DNA of 62,545 nt, filler included, from Choristocarpus tenellus KU-1152 (Eukaryota > Protista > Phaeophyceae): NCBI GenBank assembly GCA_964200185.2. It is 10 parts of 10 records of this genome, joined end to end, with 100 filler letters (N's around TTAATTAATTAA, not from the genome) between each part and the next. Parts side by side here need not be neighbours in the genome. Positions count along the whole stretch, not along the records: positions 51,823 to 56,544 come from CAXNAD020013335.1; positions 56,645 to 62,545 come from CAXNAD020009465.1; 8 more parts are not named here. One strand, written 5' to 3'. The notes under the pieces were generated by a model that worked only from the letters and a program-made list of their open reading frames with translations, had not been told where the DNA came from and did not search any database. Positions 53,936 to 62,545 of the stretch are shown here, piece by piece. The translations under genes and the position numbers were made by a program. How positions within the stretch are numbered: the stretch's first letter is position 1; each line of letters opens with the position of its first letter.

Positions 53936-56644
53936 ACCAATAGGGTCCTTCGTTGGGAAAGAGCAAGGTCCTGATCCTCATCCGGATGTGTTACTGTGTG
54001 GGGGAATGCATTCATTGACTTGTGTTCCTGGTGTAGGGAATTACGCTTTTTGAACCCAGCTGTTGGTGGTATGGAATGCAGGCTGTTGATATGATGCCAC
54101 ATCGGACAGGGAAGAACACGGTGGACACTTACCAGTGAGGTCGGAGGGTGGGCCTGTTGGTTTGTAAAGTATTTTAATAGATCCAAGCCGCTATTGTAGG
54201 TTTGAAGAACTGTAAGTGATGAGGGGGAATCTGCTGTCGAAACAGAAATATATATATATATATATTTATTTATGTATTTGGCTACACTCCGATTCAAGTA
54301 ACGTGATGGGTCTTGACGCATGTGTTTGTTTTTTGTGACTGGGTAGAAACTCTGTGGCATTGAATGTCGTAATTAGTTTGGACATTTTGAAAGCGTGGCG
54401 CCACTGGGAATGGAGTTGTATTTGGTTTAGCACTCTGTACCAATACCAACCAGCACGTGCGAGGCATTCTGTTGGTTTGGAGGTCTTGAGCATTTGTAAA
54501 ATTCGATTGAGTGAGAGTACATTGTGGCCGAGTTTGTCGTGAGGGTTAGGATTAGCAAACATATTTAGTACTGTTTGGGGGGTGTATTGGTGGTTCATGG
54601 CAAGGACGTTTTCTTGTTTGAAGTTATATATTTATATTTATTTATTTTTCTTCCAGGAAGACAGCGATTGGTCAATGAAGAGGAGCGTTTACAAATTATT
54701 TCATGTCAAATAGGGCTGCAATACAAACAAGCATGGTTGTTGAGAGTGATTTATCTGGTGTTCACTTATATTAGAAGGAAGATATGTCAACGTCTAAGTA
54801 GTTTTGCTAAGTTGACTGAATAATGAAGCTTTATTATCATGAAGCTTCCTAATGTGTGCAAAGAACCTTTTTTTTCTGATCTTTTTTTACTCTTCCAAGA
54901 GACCTGCCAAGATTCTCTTCGAACCTCTTCATGAACTTTATTCCTTTTTTTGCTGCTCTTTTTTTACCCTTCTAAAGGATCTTCCCAAAATCTTCTTAGA
55001 ACCTCTCCATCATGAATATAATTCCTTTTTCACCCTCTTCTATTGTTAGTAAAAATGTTGATCAAGATCATTTCTTTGCTGCTCGCTGCACCTACCATAA
55101 CTTACATAAACACACATAACACTGGACAGATAAACATGTAACTGGCTATATTTAAATGATGCTCATCATCTACATTCCTACTGTCCCTCATACATAATAC
55201 AAAAAATATATAGTCAGGAAATATCCTCATGCGAGCAGACTAGGTCACACAAAAAAGCAAAAAGTACTCTTTACTAACCCTATCCCTAAGTACTCTTTGT
55301 TTTGTGTGTACGTCATCACAGTAGGAAGATTTTTCAGCACGACAGCAGCAAGCAGCATGGCTGCTTGCTGCAACTGATGAATACAGAACAGATCTTTTTT
55401 TTAATTTTCATGACAAGTGGAATGCAGCCAGCATTCCTCTACCCTTTGTTGATGGGTTGCCTGGAAAGAAACATTACAATGGCCACTCCCAGAGCTCATA
55501 TATTTATGTGGTTGTAGAGAGTAGGATATATTATATGACACTACAGTTAACTTAACTGTACAAGATCATGCTAGGGTCCAATTTTGAATTTCAAAAAAGT
55601 ATCTAGTATCTTCTTCTGTGATCTTTTTTTGGCATAATGTCGTGTGATTGAAGTTGCAAAAATAAAGCACTTGGTGAGCAAAGCACCACGTAACCTCTGA
55701 GCAAACAAGGTCTCAGGAACCAGGCAGGCAGGTGAACCTAGCTCAATGAACAAATCATAGATCATGATCAAACATTTTCGGTCAAAATCACTTGTGTTCC
55801 AAACTCTTAAGAATACTCCGTACATATTATCATTATTGTTGATTGAACTAAAGATTCATTATGATCCTATTTCGCCTACCACTACTTGGCACTTGGCACT
55901 TAGTTCTCATAACACACAGCAATGCATCTGCAATATGCAGCGTGTTTCAACAAGTGGTTGGATAACGCCGTAATGAGTCCCAAGGGCACTGCTGCGGGGG
56001 CTTGACCTCTGCTTCCGTACTTTGTCCAAGACATATCCACCCACCCACCCACACTCTCCACACGTACAACCCACAGCCATACCATACCCACACACAAAAC
56101 AATCACAGAAGCATTCGGAATTCACATCACACACAATGGTCATCTTAGACACACCTCTGTATCTTTTTGTCCAATCAGCCATTTACTACGATATATTTTT
56201 CTTATTTACCTGTGGTGGCATCGAATCTACTAGCAGTACACCACTAGGACAAAAAAATAAAACAGAACAAACGCTTGTCTCGCTCATAAGTATCCCAATG
56301 TGTGCATACGTGGGCCATCGTCGGTGATCACTTGTCACCTACCACACAACAATTGCAAAGCCTGCCTGCCCTCCACTCTCCTTCCCACTCATCTCTGTCA
56401 AGACCAGGGGACTACTGAATGTAGAGGAGTTACTCATGGGTGAACAGCAAACAAATGAGTGTGACAAACGCCTTTGCTATTCTTTTGCAGCCCCTGTAAA
56501 AGGCGTGACATATGGAAGCTAGCTCGGAGTGGGCAGGGGGGGTGNNNNNNNNNNNNNNNNNNNNNNNNNNNNNNNNNNNNNNNNNNNNTTAATTAATTAA
56601 NNNNNNNNNNNNNNNNNNNNNNNNNNNNNNNNNNNNNNNNNNNN

Positions 56645-56783
56645 GGTGTCCATTTGTCAAAATCAGGAAAAGTGCATATATATTATCCATCCCACGTATG
56701 CAACCAAATCACCCAAAAATCGCGACATGAAAAAGTTGACCCCAAATGGACAGTCGTCACCCCCTCCCCAGATACGTTGAGCC
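56645..56783 (+). mobile_element. MITE family B, partial
   Basis: GGTGTCCATTTG..AGGAAAAGTGCA..CCCAAATGGACAG..CCCAGATACGTTGAGCC. Confidence 0.85.
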
Positions 56784-57416
56784 AGTCATCTTTGAACTAC
56801 ACGTGTTCTTCAGTCTCCTCTGAGTCCCCATGACACTACAGCATTCAACTCGAAGCCTACGGCGGTAACCGCATCCTCACAAGCCATGATTCAGTGTTCC
56901 AAGAATCCCGTATCGGTATTGGCTGACCAGAGGTTAGATGTAACGGTAGAGTGGTGTGATGGTGATACTGGGAGGTCTTGTCAAATATATTTCGGCATAA
57001 TCGAAATGAAATCTGTAATATAACCTGCAACAAACACACCTGTTCGGTTCTCTTTTTCCCGTTCAGATTTTCAGCGAAATACAAAACCAAACGGCAAAAG
57101 AAAACGTGCGTATAGGAGTTGGTCTTACACTAATCAGGATTTTTGTTTGGAATAGTCCAAAAATGTCAAATAGCAAAACCAAATGGTCTTGAAAACCTAT
57201 GTATAAGAGATGGTGTTAGTGGGTTACTTACTGACAATTAATCAGTACTTCTTGCTAGTGATGATCCTTTCTATAAACAAGAGGTGCTAAACCAAGCTCC
57301 ACCATACACAATAATATCACTCTTCTCTTTTCAACCACATGATAACATTCAGCAAAGGGGAATCGTGTGAGGCTCCCATCTCTTCTCCCATCTTCGATAC
57401 TCACACAAATAGCAGT

Positions 57417-57680
57417 CTAAACCTGCACATCTAGTGATGCTCCTGAGCAGGATATGTCATATGCCTTCTTGGCCTTGACGACTTCTTCGACACTCACTCC
57501 TTCCTCCTTCATGAAGTTGATGTCGTTCACACGAAGATGGTCCTCCCTATCCTCCAAAGCTGGGTCAATCTTCCCCTCCATGCCTAGGAAGGCACATGTC
57601 GTGGCAAACCAGCCAGCATAATTCACTTACGATAATTGGATGGTTTTGTCTGGTATCCCTTTGAGGCCATGAGTTGATCT
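57417..57680 (-). pseudogene. Possible copia gag N-terminal remnant
   Basis: NYAGWFATTCAFLGMEG resembles the NYxxW...L...G start of copia gag; an in-frame stop lies immediately upstream. Confidence 0.3.
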
Positions 57681-59024
57681 GCAGTAAAGATGATCAATCG
57701 CATCATGTGTTTCGGTAGAGGACAATGTTTGGCTTGGTGTGAACATATTATCTTCGTGTTACAAGGGGCTTGCGGTCTCTATTCAATTGACTAAGTAGTT
57801 GGGGTAAGAAGACAGGTGTAGACTACCATGTGGGATTTGCAACGTCCACATGGATAACCAGAAAAGAGTGCTAATAGTGGGTTACAAGTGCAATATAAGA
57901 TACATGAACGGATAATCTACTATCACGCCCCTACAATGTATGAACTGAGGGTACTCCCAAACTGGAGATATATGGAAACAAATAGCTGGCTCTACCTTTC
58001 CTAATCCACTACTTCAGTAGTGTCTATATTATATCAGGAATACTATCCACGAACAAAGTGCAGTCCACCTACCCAGCCACTCCAGTCCTAGCTGCGCCTC
58101 CTAGCTAGAGTATCTATATGGTTCTCAAGCGTGTTGTATGCAGCAAAGCTTTGTGAATAGAGGCCTGTCGCCGAGAACTGGTGGTGGGTATCATGGTAAA
58201 CATAAGATGACATCAATCAGATAATATAGTGTTGTCTGCGTCGTCTTACCACCTCATCATTTCACTAAACAGACTCATCATACCGCTATATACAACACTC
58301 CGATATATTGTACCGAACATTGCATAAACGTACATCAAACTGCCACACTGTTTACATGCTTGTATCAGCACAAAAAACGTAAGAATAACACTACATATCA
58401 AGGCAATCTACTTGTTTGGAATTTCCTGTTTTAGTCAGAACCTCGAAGATCAAAGTTACGCACTGATGCCAAAATTACACATGTACTTTGAGCTGGGTAA
58501 TTTAGTTGTACAAATGCAGGCATAGGCACTTGCTGGCACGGTCCACCCCCGCCACCCCTGCCACCCACGTACAGTCTTTCTCTGCCCCTCTCCTCCTGGT
58601 ACTGCTGGAGCAGCATAGCTGGTAGCCGATGGGCCTTCTCCCTGTTACCTCAGGAATAGCCCTTCCCCTGTGCCTTTCTTTCTCCTGGTGCTGCTGGAGC
58701 ACAGTGACTGTCTGGTGGTGGATTTTCTCCTTCTTCTTTCAGGTATCCTATCTTATCGGGGGTGTCATGCAGTATTAGGGGCTCCACGACTGCCTTTGGG
58801 TGCATATGACTCTAGCACTCGAGAGGGTAGCTTCACGCTCATGGGAATAGTATTTTTGTCTCCTTCTTCTGCAGCCACAGCCTCCTGAGGGGGTTTAGCT
58901 ACATTTCAGTTCTTTTATCTTATCCGTAGACCACGTAATGATTGACGTAGATTGACAGGGTAAAAGAGGATAGCAAGAATTTCATTCATTCCTTCGGCCT
59001 GTTTGAAGGTACCAGTGCCTCGAA

Positions 59025-59204
59025 GGCCCAAAGTGTCTGGGGGGGGTGGGGAGGGTCTACGCCAGCGTGTCCATTTGGGTCATAACCAGGAAAAGTGCAC
59101 TTACATTATCCATCCGACGTATGGCACCAAATCACCCAAAATTCGCGACATGGAAAAATTGGTCCCAAATGGACAGCCGCCACCCCCCCCAGATACTTTC
59201 ACCC
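59025..59204 (+). mobile_element. MITE family B complete copy
   Basis: GGCCCAAAGTGTCTGGGGG...CCCCCAGATACTTTCACCC; perfect 4-bp TSD CGAA/CGAA. Confidence 0.93.
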
Positions 59205-59322
59205 CGAAAGGTCTGGGAGGAGAATGCTGGTGGACAATGTGCAAATTACCTTGGGGTATTAGCTATGCATGACAACGTAAAGAACGACAATGCTCGGAAG
59301 ACCAAAGGATCAACTGGAAGCA

Positions 59323-59577
59323 GAGTGAAAGTATTTTAGAGGGTACGAATTTTGCCCTGTTTGTCCATTTGGGGCTTGGTTTCCGTTGGGGTTCGTATGA
59401 CATTTTCCTACTTGAAAAAAAATTAGAACATGTAAAATGTGTATGTTATGAAAAGTGTGTCCAGAACAAGGATATTGGCACTTCCTAACAAACACGATAG
59501 GCAAATTACATCGAAATCGCAACATTGGATTTTGACCCCCAATGGACGCGGCTCTACCCTCTAAGGTACTTTGACTC
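59323..59577 (-). mobile_element. MITE family A copy
   Basis: GAG...CTC termini; TSD AGCA/AGCA. Confidence 0.95.
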
Positions 59578-60499
59578 AGCAGCCTCAGACCAAACCAATG
59601 TGGATATTGTTTAAGGATGAACCATCGATGGCAGAATTGCTACCGATACTTAAACGGAAATCCGCCGGTAACACGTCCGCTTGGGATGGCACCTGGAACA
59701 TTTCCGTCACCTCCAACTCGTGGGAGCAGCAACAAAGTCAACGGTCATGTCAAAGTAGTTGAATGCAGAATAAATACCAATACATAATCTGGATGTACTA
59801 TTTTATTAGTTACATCACATGGACTCAATTCAACACAATAATCTCATATACACAAAATAAGGTACACCTCACTATAGTCCTATTTTGCACACTCCCCCAT
59901 GAGAGTGCAGGCAATGAAGAGTTGCTGGAACTCTCAAACCTAAAACATCTTATTGTGTACAATCCCCATTCTGCACACTTGCCCATGAAAATGGAAGTAA
60001 AAGACGTCAGATTGGTTCAATTCTCACGCACATTACATTTATCTTGTCAACGCAATAAAAGAACACTGATTGCTTGAACTGAAACATACGCCATTCATTT
60101 AGTCAACACAGTGTCTACGAAGTCTTGTACTTGCTTCTTTAGATGCACCAACGCAGTGATGTACAATCGTGTCCCATGATGACCCCTTGCTTAGTTTAGG
60201 GTAAAAAATTTGAACCAGCTCCCTTTTGCTGTTTCTCTTATTGGACGTAGCACTCACTCCCCCAGGCTTGAAGCCAATCATAATTGAATGTCTTGTACAT
60301 CCTCTTGTTGAGTGAAGTCCTTTGCTAGCAACCTTCCTCGCCAGGGTGCCTCTGATATGGAAGATGGTTCTTGATGGTCTGGAGTAGATATTATGTACTT
60401 CCCAGACTTACAAGTCTTGTACAGGCAGCCCTTTGCTGAAAAGCTTCCTCTGGTTTTCTTTTCGGGCTCCAACCCTGGTCCAGCTAATTCCTCCGCCTG

Positions 60500-62545
60500 T
60501 TAAGACAGCGTCGCTCTCCTCTGGTGACAAACGATCTGAAGGTTTCATTTACCTCCACAGTTGTAGCATATTCCTTCAAGTTCCCGAACACTGTTAGATA
60601 TGTCTGGTCGTGTCATCCCGGCTAGGAACATAAGTTTCCCCAGGAGGGTGCGATAGGGTTTGTGCCTCTGGTCCAGCTCCTCCTCGTCAGTTCTTCTTGC
60701 TGTCAGGTCCATTCCTGGGTTTAGAGGTGATAAGGTATTCCGTACTTATGCAGATCCCATTCCTTTTCGAACAATGCTCTCTACATAGAAATGCTGGTCT
60801 AGTGTGATGCCAGCCTCATCCCTAGTGATTTCCACCCCAACTAACTTGTCTGGGGTCCCGAGGTCCCGTCCTTTGTACTTGGTAAGCAGATTGTTCTTCG
60901 TCCTTGTTATTTCTTCGTGGTAGTTTCCAGTCAATGAGATGTCATCCACTTAGTGAAAAAGAACAGCAACCCTTCCATCTTCACTCCTTTTGACATACAA
61001 GCAGGCATCAAAGTCGCTAATACTCCACCTCTCAGCTAAAATTGTTCCCTTTGGCTCCTTGTACCACTCCATTGCTGATTGCTTAAGGCCAGAGATGGCC
61101 CTGGCAGCTTTTACGATGGATCCATTAGGCACTTGTAGCCATACATCTTCAGGAAGTGGTGCGTTCAGGTAGGCTTGAGTGAAGTCTAGGGAGTTGATGA
61201 TCCAGTTTCTGTTAGCTGCTGTAGCCAGGACTGCTCGAATCACATCAAATCCCACCACTGGACTAAACGTGCTGAAGTAGTCCACCCCTTCTTGTTTGGA
61301 AAAGCCCCGTGCCACCAGCCTGGCCTTGTATCTTTCGATGTCTCCATGTGCAGTCCTTTTTATTTTGAATATAAATCTGGTTTTGACTGGTCTCCTCCCT
61401 GGTAGCAGACTCTCTCCCTCACGGAAGGTTCCTTTGGTTTGTTGGCCCTCCATTTCTTGTTCCATTGCCTTCTTCCAGTGTTCTGCATCAGGTCCTGCGA
61501 GGGCTTCTGCGATGGTTGATGGCTCCTGGTGGCCTATTGATATGTCACCTGCCATACCCATCAAACAATATGCATTATCTGTGCTTGATCTGAGCAGGTT
61601 CACTATATTCTCTCCCAGTTCTTCTTATCTCCAGAGTGTAAACCCCTGTAGTCCACCCTGGGTTGTTCAGCTGTCCTAGCTGACCTCCGTTGTCCACTAG
61701 GTGAACTAAGAGGAATCGGATCGACTACAATATCGGAATCCCGATCAGAGTCGTCTTCAGTATCATAAATCTCTTCATCATCTGTCGAAGTCATTGTCTC
61801 TCTCTCCCCCACGAAGTCCATGATGTGTTTGTCTGACTCGAACGTCACGTGGGCTGAGGTTACCAACTTGACCCCTTGAGGAAGCCAGATGTGCCAGCAT
61901 AATGATGTGCGATCGTGTCCCATTATTATACCTCTCTTGGCGTATGGGTGGAACTTTGCGCTGGCCCCTCTCTGCTGCTAGTCCTGATGAACATAGCACT
62001 CGCTCCCCCAGGCCCGAAGTCTATCGTAGTTGAACGATTTTCCTGTTAGACGCTTGCATGGCGTCTCTCCTCCGAGGTATTCATGTGGCATGCCTCCAGT
62101 CTTGAAGGCGACGTCCGTGATGGCAAAGAACCAATACTCGTCGCCCAGCCCAGCTTTTACCAGTTGACTCCTTGCAGCCCCCATGAGTTGCTTTATCGAC
62201 CTTTCGGCGATTCCATTGCTTTGTAGTGTTCTCGGTGGAGGTTTCCTCGATCAGGTACCGTTGTTGGCCAGCATCCTTTGGAACTTCACCGATCTCCCAA
62301 GCTCGCCAGCACCATCCCCACTGATGCATTTGACTGGTATACCTTCCCTGGCCATCTGGTGGATATAAGCAGCGGTTGCGTCCGTCGCTGCGTTTTTTGT
62401 CTTCAATCCATAAACCCTCTTGTCTCTGCTGCTCTCATCGACGAACACTAGAAGGTATTGATGGCAAGTGATGCCTACTTTAAAAGGTCTCGCCAAATCT
62501 GTGTGGACAATCTCGCCGGGCTGCTTGGGGGTCCTGCCACCCCGT
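60500..62545 (-). mobile_element. Ty1/copia retrotransposon pol (integrase, then RT), pseudogenised; runs off the window
   Basis: Integrase: YLLVFVDESSR, CISGDGAGE, YWFFA, LRAWGSECYVH. RT: YKARLVARGFSKQEGVDYFSTFSPV, LDFTQAYL, GLKQSAMEW, LFH*VDD. The INT-RT order is copia-type; multiple stops and frameshifts. Confidence 0.93.

Noticed and set aside
54830-55050. Three loose repeats of about 55 bp (AAGA..CT..GAACCTCT..CATGAA)
   Set aside because: Low-complexity degenerate tandem repeat with no further structure seen.

Overview
Eukaryotic, intron-rich (GT-AG) draft genomic DNA. It is probably from a stramenopile (ochrophyte, brown-alga-like); this is an inference from the beta-tubulin type, intron style and repeat load. 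The window is ten contigs joined by identical 100-nt spacers (44 N + TTAATTAATTAA + 44 N), so adjacency across spacers is unproven. Genes I can reconstruct: a complete 4-exon divergent beta-tubulin with a GC-AG first intron; the 3' end of an NDK7-like gene; a fibronectin-III protein; an ARM-like protein; the 5' part of an OCRL/INPP5B-type inositol 5-phosphatase; an Ebony-like (FVDS, probably beta-alanine-activating) NRPS adenylation domain gene; and, across the next gap, a C-factor-type SDR with His in place of the catalytic Tyr. TPR-like fragments lie at the left end. Mobile DNA includes two decayed Ty1/copia elements, two related MITE families with shared termini and 4-bp TSDs (Sola2-like, about 20 copies), and a third unclassified family that forms back-to-back inverted pairs. 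The best candidate for an undescribed system is the Ebony-like A domain plus the His-type SDR (possible fusion or cluster), followed by the Sola-like MITE system.
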